A stretch of 64,000 nucleotides of DNA from Rebecca billardiae RCC1528 (Eukaryota > Protista > Haptophyta): the NCBI GenBank assembly GCA_965240325.2, contig OZ251227.1, positions 2,356,001 to 2,420,000 of the forward strand. Reading direction: 5' to 3'. This document shows, piece after piece, positions 35,523 to 45,704 of the stretch. Each line of letters opens with the position of its first letter. Within the stretch, counting starts at the first letter, position 1. The position numbers and the translations under genes were made by a program. The notes under the pieces were generated by a model that saw only the letters and a program-made list of their open reading frames with translations, had not been told where the DNA came from and searched no databases.

Positions 35523-36440
35523 GCGCTTGCGCCGCCCGGAGCCTCACGGCCGCCCAGCGCCGGCCTCCTGACGAGCGGCTGCCCACCGGCTGCCGGTGTC
35601 ACCACTGAACGCCGCCAGTTTCATACTTTCGAAGGTTTCAGCTGGAGGCTTTGGCCGCCAGCAGTCCTGATCACCCGGAGCCCGTTATAAAGGGGATTTT
35701 AAAAGTCTCTGTCGATCCCGACTACACCCCGGGCACCCCCCCAGCGATGGAGGTGTGGGGGGTGGTCCGGTACGGTCCGGCTGCAGACTGCTCGATATCT
35801 AAGCTCGAGTTCATCTCGACTCTCGAGATCTTCATAATGAGCAGCAGAGTAGAATCAGCCAGACGAGTGCGCAGATCATCGGATCATCATCGACCAATGC
35901 TGTCTTAGGAATAACGACTGAGCCGCCATTATTGGCGTTTATAATGACAGTACAGCAGTCAGTTGCGCGCAATCAACTGTACGTAATTTAGATGCAGCTA
36001 GCTACTGTTAGCTACAGTAGTAGCAAGGGCGGTAATGCTATCGTTCGACATGTGGCTTCAAGGCTCTATCGCCGCAGCAAGCTGAGCGCTCGTCCCGCCG
36101 TCCAGACGGCGTTGCCACCCGTGCCGCGTGATGCGGGGCCGCCCGGGCCGGCCAGCGGGCCGGCGTCCGGCCGCGCGCCGGCGTGCGCGACTGGCCGTCT
36201 GGACAGTGGACTCCGTGGCGTCTCGGGCCGCGAGACGCCGGCGGCTCAGCTATAGGTTACGCCGTTACATACGTCGAAATATGTAGCGAACATACGACGA
36301 CTATATATAGTCTATACACAGTCTACGAGCAACCGGCTGAACGGGGCGGCAAAGTTGATTATTACGCCCGCAGTTTAAGTCATCAGCGCGACGAGTGTCA
36401 GCGCGCGTATAAAAGCAGTACGCGACTTCGTCATCACTCA

Positions 36441-37688
36441 TCAGCCCTCGATCAGCGACCACATGGGGTCGTCGTCGGCCGGGTCGTACGACGCCTGGAC
36501 AAAGCACAGGCCCTCGGCTGGCGCCGGAGGCGCCGTCCACTCGGGCTTCCCGCTGGTTACACGCCGCAGCAGTGCGTGGGTGTCATCACTACTCGTATAC
36601 TGGCTGGCGGCGTGCACAGCCGTCGCCACGAGAGTTCGCACCTGCCGCCGGATGAACCGGCTACCAACGACGTCGATGCGCACCGCGTCTACGCAGCCCA
36701 CGCCACCATCAGCGCCCGTCCCAGCCACGGGCACTTGCACGGCGCGCGCGGAGCAGCGCAGAAGCCGCGCGCTCGTGCGCTTTCCGGGCGGTAGCCCGCG
36801 CCCCAGCGCCGCAAAGTCGCGCTCTGCGCCCGCCAGCGGCTCAAGCTGGGCGCGCAGGCTCTCAGCGTCGAGCACGCCCACGTCGGAAGCGGCGCCGGGC
36901 AGCAGGTAGACGTAGCGGCGCCAGCGGGCCGAGAACGTCGCGTGGAACGAGCGGGGCACGCGCGCCGCGCTGAGCATGCGCAGGACGCCCGGCGCGGCGC
37001 CATCCACCGCTGCGCGCAGCTGCTCTGGCTCAAGCGGGACCCATGAATAGAACGAGACGAGCTGCCCGACGGCCGAGACGCCCGCGTCCGTGCGACCCGC
37101 CGAGCTGAGCACGAGCGCGTGCTTGCCGCGCAGCAGCGGCGCGATGGCGGCCTCGAGCGTGCCGTGCACCGTCGGCAGGTCAGGCTGGTACGCGTACCCG
37201 CGGAACGCCGGCCCAAAGTACGCCACTGACATCGCCCAGGTCGTGCGCTCGCGCGGCCCATGAGCACGGGGCGGAGGTGGTGGCGCTGGCAGGAGCGGCG
37301 GGCTCCACGGCTGCTCGTCGCCGGGCAGAGACGGCGGCGCGTGCGAGCGGACGGCCACGTGCATCGCCTCGCGCACTGCGTGCCACGGCCGACTGGCCGC
37401 GAGCATGTCCTGGCTCGCCTCCGCATCGACGGGCGCGCACTGCCTGGCAACGCGCGCGCGGGCGCGAGTGGGTCGGCACGCGTCGCGCACAGCATCAGCC
37501 GACGCCAGAGTCGCCACAACCAAGTGGAGGCGTAGCCAACGAGGCGACGCGTGCCGACCCACTCGCGCCCGGGCGCGCGTTGCCAGGCAGTGCGCGCCCG
37601 TCGATGCGGAGGCGAGCCAGGACGCACGCTCCGCCATCGCGGCCGCCATCGTGCGGCGCAAGATGCAAACCCGCGCGTCGTCACTCAT
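36441..37688 (-). CDS. truA: tRNA pseudouridine synthase, TruA/PUS1-3 family (start uncertain: 37688 or 37649)
   Basis: YFGPAFRGYAYQ..TVHGTLE, catalytic AGRTDAGVSAVGQ, FHATFSA.WRRYVY, GSRFIRRQVRTLV, APAEGL. Confidence 0.9.
   Translation of the reverse strand: MSDDARVCILRRTMAAAMAERASWLASASTGAHCLATRARARVGRHASPRWLRLHLVVATLASADAVRDACRPTRARARVARQCAPVDAEASQDMLAASRPWHAVREAMHVAVRSHAPPSLPGDEQPWSPPLLPAPPPPPRAHGPRERTTWAMSVAYFGPAFRGYAYQPDLPTVHGTLEAAIAPLLRGKHALVLSSAGRTDAGVSAVGQLVSFYSWVPLEPEQLRAAVDGAAPGVLRMLSAARVPRSFHATFSARWRRYVYLLPGAASDVGVLDAESLRAQLEPLAGAERDFAALGRGLPPGKRTSARLLRCSARAVQVPVAGTGADGGVGCVDAVRIDVVGSRFIRRQVRTLVATAVHAASQYTSSDDTHALLRRVTSGKPEWTAPPAPAEGLCFVQASYDPADDDPMWSLIEG
37407..37623. repeat. 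80-bp inverted repeat (1 mismatch) with 57-bp spacer
   Basis: Arms 37407-37486 and 37544-37623 are reverse complements; identical peptides appear in the + and - ORF tracks. Confidence 0.95.
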
Positions 37689-37732
37689 CGTCACAACTGC
37701 GCGCTTGGGCCAAGCAGCGTCGCTTGACCCTC

Positions 37733-39760
37733 ATGCGCGGGGACACGGCGGCGAAGTCGTCGACGTGGTCGGCCGGATGGCGCGGTGCCATCGCGGTCGT
37801 GACAGCCGGCTCGATTGTCTTGTTGGCAGCGTCAGTGCTGCGGCTGACCGACTCGGTCGCCACGGCCCGTGCGCCGTCGGCGCACCGCCTCAACAGCGGC
37901 GGCTTGCGCTCCGCGGGCGACGGGGCAGGCCCTGGCACGCGTCTCGGCCGGGCTGGCGCCGAATCAGCGCCGAGCAGCGCGACGCGCCCGCCAGGCGGCA
38001 ACGCTGCTCTTACACAGCTCGGCGTGGGAGCGCCCTCCACTGTGGCTGCAACCCCGGCGAGCGCGGGCAAGGCCGCAGCAGCGACTCCCATCCCACATGT
38101 CGGCGCGAAGAACGCGCGGCCTCCCCTGGTCAAGTCGCCGACCGCTCTGGACGGCCCGCCGGCCGTGACACTGGGCACGCCTGACAAGCCACTCGGCGGC
38201 GGCGAGCCCTTCCCCCGCGCGGTGAACGAGCAGGGCGAGACGCCGGCCGGCACGATCTACAACGCGCCTGGCATCTCAAAGATGCGGCGGCACGAATACG
38301 AGTGGGTCGACTTTGCGCGCGGCTTCTACACGGCGTACCACAACGCGACGTTCGCGCTCACGCCGCTCGACGGCGAGCGCGCCATCGCGTTCCCCCACCA
38401 GCAGCTCTTCGCGCCCAGCGTCGAGGGCAACAAGTACCTCAAGCGCGACGCGGGCGTGGGCTGCCTGATCGGGGATCCTTTTGTGCTCGACGTGCAGCCG
38501 TGGCACATGCGGCTGCCGAGGCGGCTGGGGCTGAGCGCGTTCAACCCGTCGCTCGTGAAGCACCGCGGCGGCTACCTCGTCTCGTACCGCGTCGACTGGC
38601 AGGGCGGCTGCGTCGTCAAGCGCAAGGGCATGCGCGAGCAGTACTACAACCGCACGGGCGAGAAGCACACCGAGGTCGTGCGCACGGATGCGGGCCTCGT
38701 GCCGATCGGCGACTCGCGCGTTCTCGACGTGTGCGGCGGGCGCACGGAGATCGACGACCGTGTGGACCACGGGCTCGGCGCGCGCGCGGTCGACGTGCGC
38801 CTCTCGCGCGCGCCGCCGCCGCCGGGCTCGCCCGCCGGCACCGAGGGGCCGGTGTGGCTCACGTACTTACCCATGTCGTGGTTCACGTGGGTCATGGACA
38901 AGGCGTGCGTGCAGTGCTGCATGCGCTGCCTCAAGAACACGCACGTGGCGCAGCTCGAGATCGACGAGAAGGCGCCCGCGGGCGCGGGGCCGGCAGCGCC
39001 GCTCGCGGGCGACTGGGCCGTCCGCCTCCACTCCGTGATCCCGCTCTGCGAGGGCCTCGTCGGCGGGCGCAACCACGCGCTCTTCTTCGACGAGAGAGGC
39101 CGCGTGCGCGCGCAGTCGTGGCTGCACCCGTCGATCGTGATCAGCGACGTGCCGCCGCTGTACAACGGGAACAGCTGGAGGAAGCGCGTGCCGGTGACAA
39201 CGAGCGCGCCGAGCGTGCTGCGCTTCCGCGCGGGCAAGCGCGCGCCGCAGTGCTCGCACTTCCGCATCTCGGGCACGACGCAGCTGCTGCGCGTGCGCGC
39301 GACGCGGCCCGCGCGCGCGGGCGCGTCCGCCGAGCCGTTCGACGGCCTGCTGGGCGTGGGCCACCTGCACCACGCGCACGAGCCCAACCGCACGCTCGGC
39401 ATCGCGGAGGACCTGGTGCCGATCCGCACGGGCGTCGCGTACTTCGGCTCCCACTACATGCACTTCTTCTACCTGCTCGACGCGCGCCCGCCCCACCCGC
39501 TCGTCGCGCACTCGTCGGAGTGGTGCATGCCGCACTCGGCGACCGAGCGGCGGTGCGAGGTCGTGCAGTTCGTCTCGGGGCTTGAGCACGCCTACGGGGC
39601 GGACGACGTCATCCTCACGTACGGCGCGAACGACTGCGACGCCAAGGCGGCGCGCATGCCGCTGGAGAAGGTGCTCGCCACCTTGCATTGGCCTGAGCTC
39701 GAGGCCGCCGATGTGGAGGCTGCCAGTGTTGGCGCGTCCTCGTCGTCATCATCGAAGTAA
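37733..39760 (+). CDS. Type II membrane protein with beta-propeller glycosyltransferase/hydrolase-like domain (beta-mannosyltransferase BMT/GT91- or GH130-like)
   Basis: TM helix near the N-terminus; AFNPSL..YR, GVGH..H, YMHFFY..PP..HSSEWC, VQFVSGL, LTYGANDC. Confidence 0.6.
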   Translation: MRGDTAAKSSTWSAGWRGAIAVVTAGSIVLLAASVLRLTDSVATARAPSAHRLNSGGLRSAGDGAGPGTRLGRAGAESAPSSATRPPGGNAALTQLGVGAPSTVAATPASAGKAAAATPIPHVGAKNARPPLVKSPTALDGPPAVTLGTPDKPLGGGEPFPRAVNEQGETPAGTIYNAPGISKMRRHEYEWVDFARGFYTAYHNATFALTPLDGERAIAFPHQQLFAPSVEGNKYLKRDAGVGCLIGDPFVLDVQPWHMRLPRRLGLSAFNPSLVKHRGGYLVSYRVDWQGGCVVKRKGMREQYYNRTGEKHTEVVRTDAGLVPIGDSRVLDVCGGRTEIDDRVDHGLGARAVDVRLSRAPPPPGSPAGTEGPVWLTYLPMSWFTWVMDKACVQCCMRCLKNTHVAQLEIDEKAPAGAGPAAPLAGDWAVRLHSVIPLCEGLVGGRNHALFFDERGRVRAQSWLHPSIVISDVPPLYNGNSWRKRVPVTTSAPSVLRFRAGKRAPQCSHFRISGTTQLLRVRATRPARAGASAEPFDGLLGVGHLHHAHEPNRTLGIAEDLVPIRTGVAYFGSHYMHFFYLLDARPPHPLVAHSSEWCMPHSATERRCEVVQFVSGLEHAYGADDVILTYGANDCDAKAARMPLEKVLATLHWPELEAADVEAASVGASSSSSSK

Positions 39761-40114
39761 CGTCGAATTAGGGAGGCCCGTGGACTGCTGTGGTCCGCGA
39801 CATTGTTATAATGGGTTTGGCTAGTCGCAGAAGTCGTAGTCGTAACTATTGCCGGCGGCCGTAGCGCCTGCCACTCGGAGAGTCCGAGGCGTCCCGCCGG
39901 TCGGACTACCGCCTGATGCATCATGATTTCATGACGACGGAGTGTGACGGTCAATGATACTCAATCACTATTATTCATCACTGTGACGACTGACGAGTGT
40001 CAATTAGCGTGGCCAGCCTCCGGGGCAGAGTCAAAGTTCAGAGTCATCAGTCGTCATCGTCGGCCTCATCCGCCTGTCAGATCATATCTCCGATGGGGGC
40101 CCAAGGTTAAAGCT

Positions 40115-40918
40115 CTAGGCATGGCGCCCGTCATCGCATTCGACTGTCCGATACCATCCGACCACGCATTGGCGCGGCTCCACAGTTGGGAGCACCTCGT
40201 GCTCGACCCGATCAGAGCGCATGAGCACAAGCGTCCCGGCAGTCGGACTGACATCTTGGTACTCATCGTCGTCCAGAAACACGCGCAGCTGACCGCCCCA
40301 GCTCGCAGCATCCCAGGCAGGGTTGAGGTAGAGCAGCAGGGAGAGGGTGCGCCGCTCGCGCGTCTGTCCGCGCAAGAGCGAGCTGCCATCCTCCGGGGCG
40401 CGTCCGACGCGCAGCCAGCCCCCAGCAGGACGCGGGGTGTCTAAGTGACGCTCGTAGAAACCACCTGCCGGGTAGAGCAGGTACGCCACCTCGGTATGGA
40501 AGCGCGTGAGCGGCTCGACGTGCGCGAGCTGTGGCGCAGCATCCAGTGCCGTGCGCAGGCCTTCGAGCGCATCGCAGAGCGCAAGCCGGACGTCAATGGA
40601 GCCCGAGGCCGGAGGCGGTGGCGGGCGGAGTGAGCACATGCGCGATCGCCTCACCGACTCATCGCGCACCCGCGCCGTGCCTGCACCCACGCCTGCTTGC
40701 CTTGCCAAGCCGAGCTGATCGAGCGCAAGCGCATCAGCGCGCACAGCGGCAACATCGGCTGCCGGCAGCCAGTCGTGCACCACGCAGAAGCCATCACGCC
40801 CAGCAAGCGCGTCGAGCTCGGCGGCAGTGAGCCCACGCGGCTTGAACGCCGAGTACGGCCGTACGACCGTCAGCCCCGCGAGGGCCCACACGACGCGGAG
40901 CGTCAGTGCAGACCGCAT
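40115..40918 (-). CDS. 2OG-Fe(II) dioxygenase, EGLN/PHD prolyl-hydroxylase-like, with N-terminal targeting-like peptide
   Basis: YPAGGFYERHLD (HxD), LLYLNPAW..GGQLR, HEVLP..R. Confidence 0.88.
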   Translation of the reverse strand: MRSALTLRVVWALAGLTVVRPYSAFKPRGLTAAELDALAGRDGFCVVHDWLPAADVAAVRADALALDQLGLARQAGVGAGTARVRDESVRRSRMCSLRPPPPPASGSIDVRLALCDALEGLRTALDAAPQLAHVEPLTRFHTEVAYLLYPAGGFYERHLDTPRPAGGWLRVGRAPEDGSSLLRGQTRERRTLSLLLYLNPAWDAASWGGQLRVFLDDDEYQDVSPTAGTLVLMRSDRVEHEVLPTVEPRQCVVGWYRTVECDDGRHA

Positions 40919-41030
40919 CGTTCGCGCCCGATCTTTGACTGCTGCGTGCCGCTGTCGTCACTCGACAGCACATCGTTCTCACCAAAGCATGGCGTCGGCC
41001 TGGTGAATCCCAAGGGGGGCCGAAGCAAGG

Positions 41031-41765
41031 ATGTCCTCGACGGCGCAGAACGAGCGCCTGCGCCTCGCGATCACAACCCTCGGAGGGCTCACTGCTCTTT
41101 ACATCGTCTTTATCGTGGCCTGGTCGGCATGGGCCAACGCCAAGCTGGCCACACAAGGCCAAGCAGTCGCATTCAGCCTGCCTGGGGGCGGGCGCCAGTT
41201 TGGCTTCCAATGTGACAGTCGGACCCAGGACGTGAGACTCGACGTCTACACGATGGCCGCCTCCGAGGAAATCTGTACACAGCTCTGCCTGCCGAACGCA
41301 GCCCGCTATCTCGCCCAGGCAGCGCGTATCGGCTGGACGTTTGGAGGCAACTGCGGGCAGCACGGTTGCACGACGCCCGAAGGCCCGATGAGTGGCCCGG
41401 CAACATACGTCAACGGCCTGCAGCAGTTCTCTTTCCGATGCGCAAACTCGACAGAGGAAGAGGAAGTCCCTGAGGCCGGCCGCGAGAAGCGCAAACGGCT
41501 CACGAGCTGTGCTAATTTCGGCGCACTCACCACTGATGAGCTCACCAATGCAGCGCGGCGCGATGGCTCCGGATGGGCCTGCACGCAGTCGGGCCATTCG
41601 TGCTACAACATTGGCATCCCGCGCTCGCGCGGCTGCCCAGCCGGCTTCACGTGGCTTGGGCAATCGTGCTACAAGCCGTGCCCTCCTGACTACGAGCGCA
41701 TGTCGTTGTGCACTTGTCGAGCGTCAGAGTGGTCCATGCACTCTGCCAATCAGCATCACCATTGA
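41031..41765 (+). CDS. Membrane-anchored/secreted Cys-rich protein
   Basis: N-terminal TM helix; many Cys, including CTQLCLP..GNCGQHGCT and CPAGFTWLGQSCYKPCPPDY. Confidence 0.65.
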   Translation: MSSTAQNERLRLAITTLGGLTALYIVFIVAWSAWANAKLATQGQAVAFSLPGGGRQFGFQCDSRTQDVRLDVYTMAASEEICTQLCLPNAARYLAQAARIGWTFGGNCGQHGCTTPEGPMSGPATYVNGLQQFSFRCANSTEEEEVPEAGREKRKRLTSCANFGALTTDELTNAARRDGSGWACTQSGHSCYNIGIPRSRGCPAGFTWLGQSCYKPCPPDYERMSLCTCRASEWSMHSANQHHH

Positions 41766-42238
41766 TTCGATTGAGTGTCCGGCTGACGAGTGAGGGCCTG
41801 TGTGCGTCCGTCTTGAGTTCTAGCTAGTAGTCAGTATAAATAACCGTGCTGCACCACTTAAGTCGTGGCACTACCACTACCGGACCAGTAGTACGGGCCG
41901 AGTACACCGGGTGCGGCCGTGTATCCGACGAACCGTAAGGCACAGTGACCGAGTGCCTAGCTTGCCAGTACCGTCACACCCGCCTTAATCGCTACTGCTA
42001 GATGCGTCTCTTATTCTTAGTAAACTGTGAGTCACTATCTAGATAGAGTCGGCTCATCAACTTAGTTCACACAGCTGCTCAGAAACGCGTAGTAGTAGAG
42101 TTACTGTCGTATACGACTCGATGTTGCGGCCAGCCGAGGCCCTCACTCTGCCGAGGCTGCCGCGCGCTCCAGTCCGTCAAGTAATGAAGTAATATAGTCG
42201 TCCGCGCGTAACTGACTAACTACTAGCTGCTGCTACGG

Positions 42239-42301
42239 CTCTCTCTCTCGCGCGCGCGCTCGCTCTCTGACTCTCTCTCTCGGCTCTCTCTCTCTCTCTC
42301 C
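42239..42301. repeat. Compound (CT)n/(CG)n microsatellite
   Basis: Read directly from the sequence. Confidence 0.85.
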
Positions 42302-42992
42302 TAGTCGTCCCGTAGTACTACGGCCTAACGGCCTGCGCATACCCGCGCCGAGAGGCCGAGACGGACGCCGACGGACGTACCGCCCCGGGCCCGGCGAACG
42401 AACGGTCCGCGCCAGACTCGGGTCTGTCGCACTCTCACTCAGGCCGGAGACTGCACACAGTCGGAACTCTGCTGCAGTCAGCAGCTTGTCAAGCCGGCAG
42501 GAATCCGGCCGCGGGCCGAATATAATCCGCGACGTACTCACTGCTTAATAATAATATAACTATTAACTGATGCTGTAGTACTACCGAATTAAGTTTCATT
42601 CACTGTCACTTATTAATATCGTCCGCGATTCGTAGTAATTAATCAGAGTCCGACGGACCGTTGCTGACTCTGAGTGAAGTTGCTCGCGCACTGCATCATA
42701 TCGCGCGGACTCGTGTCTACAGTCTGGTCGCAGAACGCTGAACGGCAGAACGGCGCGGCTGAACTCATGGGAGTGAAGCCGCAGTGCCCGTGGCGCTGAA
42801 CGTCCCGTTGGCGTTGATTTGGATCGATGATGAGGCCCAGCGGCCTGCGGGCTGTCAGTCCGGATCCGCAGCCTGCGACAAGCATGGGCGGCGCTGCACG
42901 CGCACGCCGGCGGAGGTAATGCGCTCCCGGATCATGATGATCGTGATGTGGGCGGCGCCGCGGTACAACTTTGTTTGCACTCGCTCCCTGCC

Positions 42993-44161
42993 TCACTCTG
43001 CGGTTGTCACCGCCAGTTCGGTGGTGGCATCGCGCGGGGCCGACTCTGGCTCCGCAGCCCGGGTCTCGCCGGCAGCATCCTCAGTGGCCGCAGGCTTGCC
43101 CGTCGCGTCCTTGGGCGGGAGGTACCGTGTCACCTTGGGCGGCACCTTCTGGAAGCGCTTCATCACGAAAGGCTGCGCGGCAGTGGGCGAGGGTGCAGCG
43201 CGCGTGGTGAGAGAGTGCCGCGCGCGTGCGCGACACGTCGATGGCACGCGAGAAGTACGGCGCGCACCTTCTTGCCCACCGTCGCCGACTCCGCTGGGCT
43301 GCTCAGCGTCGGGTCAAAGGGCTCGGCGGCCTGCTGCATGAGCTGCGCACCCCGCAACGCCTGGGGGCTTCGTTGCTTGGGCGTCGAGCGCGCGCGCGGC
43401 CGGCCGACGGCAGTCTTCGGGGCAGGCGAGGCAGCTGCCGCCTGCTCCTGCTCTAGGTGTTCCGCCACCCAGCTCCAGCGGTACGCCGACGAGATCAGGT
43501 CGACCATCGGCGTCGATGGCCTGCGCGGCGTCCGGGGTGCCCGGTCACACGGTGATGGGATGGGCGATGGTGATGACCGTGCACAACCGTGCAAGCCGCG
43601 CATGCAGGGCGGTGGCCGTCCTCGTGTCCACGCGTGCCAGGTAGCGGTGATGCGCGGCGCAGCGCTGCGCAGGACGCGGGCGCAAGCGGCGCACCGCGTA
43701 GATTTGCCATGGATGAAGTCGTCGGCGAGCGTGAACCTGCGGTCCTCGTGTGTTCCGATCTTCAGCCGAGCGTCGTGCGTCTTCCTGAAGTCGGTCTGCT
43801 GCTTTGCAGTGACCATGCCCGAAACGACGGCGTTCTTGTTCAGCGCCTTGAAGTCGCGGCCGGGCCGCGCGTGCGGGTTGGGCACATGCTCCATCCAGCT
43901 CATGATCATCTCACCCGTGCCCTCGTCCTCGCGGAACAACGCCTTCCCGTACGTGTGTTGCGGCCCTGGGAGGTTGAACGTCGTCTGCCTGACCTTGCCG
44001 AGCTCAGTCTTGACGAGCAGCGTGTTCGTCGCCTTCTTGTTGAAGTTGCCGATCATGGGCGTCGCGGGCACCACTGGCTGCGCCATTCTCGGCCGCAGAT
44101 GCTTTGGGAGCACCACGGGCGCCTCCATCCCCGTCTCCGCCGCGGGCGCGGTGGCCTCCAT
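42993..44161 (-). CDS. CFAP77: Cilia- and flagella-associated protein 77 (DUF4483), 3 exons, ~299 aa
   Basis: Exons 44161-43695, 43520-43268 and 43172-42993. LLVKTELGK..LPGPQHTYG, RDFKALNKNAV..G.VTAK, HGKSTRPSTPM..LIS, FVMKRFQKV. Confidence 0.85.
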
Positions 44162-44736
44162 TGCGAGACCGAAACGTCAGCACTCAGCGCGGCCGACGCG
44201 TAACAGCTAAAACTTGCGCCCAGCAGCGGACGAAAAATGAAATCCGCATTATTCAGAAAAATGCCAATCGCTGAGCAGCGCTGATTATTTTACGGCGGTC
44301 GTGATTTGCGTCGTCGCGGTTTTGCCCGCGCGCGGCTAGAAGGTAGTAGTGGAATACTAGGCTGTTCTGCCCCGCTCGTCCCGGGCGGGCGCGGCCGGCC
44401 CATCGGACAAAGGATCATGCGGGCACCACAGCATTCGGGACAAGGAGGCAACTCGGAGCCCCCGCTCGTGAGTCGTGGCAGTGAGTCAGTCGTGCCGGGC
44501 CGGCTGCGTTGACGACTGTGAGGCGGCTTGTAAGAGTGCTGCATAGTGTTGTTCGGCCCCGCGCGACCGTGCGCTCGAGGTCGGCGCGTTGTCATACAGG
44601 TAATGCAGCTGGCAAGGCCAACGCCGGTCATAGCACGCGGTTGGCAAGCCACCCGCGCGCCCTGCACGTGCTCGAGCTGCGGCATCATCGTCATCTCCGG
44701 CTGAGCTGCCATCGTCCCTGTCTAGTGCCGACAGCC

Positions 44737-45456
44737 GAAGGGCGAGCTCGAGCGGCGGCGCGCGGCCGCATCCGAGGCGAACGTCAGCGGATGTGCAGCG
44801 AGACGGTCCGATGCCAGCTGGACGATCATGGAGCAGTGCCTGTCCGTGCAGAGCTGGCCTTCGGCTCTGCGGCGGGCCGGCCGCTGCCCGGACGGACCGC
44901 GCACGACACGCCGCAGCGCTGGGACGAGTGCTGGCTGGACCATCCGAACGCCCGCGCTCGCGTCGCGCGAGCGAACGCTCGTCGACTTTGACGGCCTCCC
45001 TTTGCCCGCCGGCTCGACCGCCCCGACAACGCCGACGTCGCGAGCACACCATCACCCAAAGGCCGAGGCGAAGGCACGCCCGCCTCAACAGCAAGGCGGC
45101 GCTTTTCGTCGCGCCCAACGATGAAGGGCGAGCTCGAGCGGCGGCGCGCGGCTGCATCCGAGACGAACATCAGCGGACGTGCAGCAAGACGGTTCGATGC
45201 CAGCTGGACGATCATGGAGCAGAGCCGGCCGCTGCCGACGCGGACTGCACGACACGCCGCAGCGCTGGGACGAGTGCTGGCTGGACCATCCGAACGCCCG
45301 TGGCCGCGTCGCGCGAGCGAACGCTCGTCGACATCGACGGCCTCCCTGTGCCAGCCGGCTCGACCGCCCCGACAACGCCGACGTCGCGAGCGCACCACCC
45401 AAAGGCCGAGTGCGCCAGGCGGAAGTCGCGCCCGCCTTCGCTTTTCGTCGCGCCCG
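44737..45456. repeat. Diverged tandem duplication, unit ~386 bp, 2 copies
   Basis: Units start GAAGGGCGAGCTCGAGCGGCGG at 44737 and 45123 and share GCTGGACGATCATGGAGCAG and GCAGCGCTGGGACGAGTGCTGGCTGGACCATCCGAACG. The second unit has an internal deletion. Confidence 0.9.
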
Positions 45457-45704
45457 ACCGGAGACCCGCGCGAAAGTCCGGAGCGCGCGGCCCGGTGTTT
45501 CCACTGTTTGATTCCTTGCGGCGCCCGAGCGCGGCAGATGTCGATCTGGTGCTTAGTCCCGAAAAAGTCTGAAATTCCTCCGTCCCAGACCCGTCCCAGA
45601 CCGCGCACTTTTGCCCGAGCGAGCGAGTCGCGCTTTAGTAGAGTGCAGATGCTACTAGTAGTAGTAAAGTACAATCAAGCTCTAAGGTGTCATCACTGGT
45701 GATG

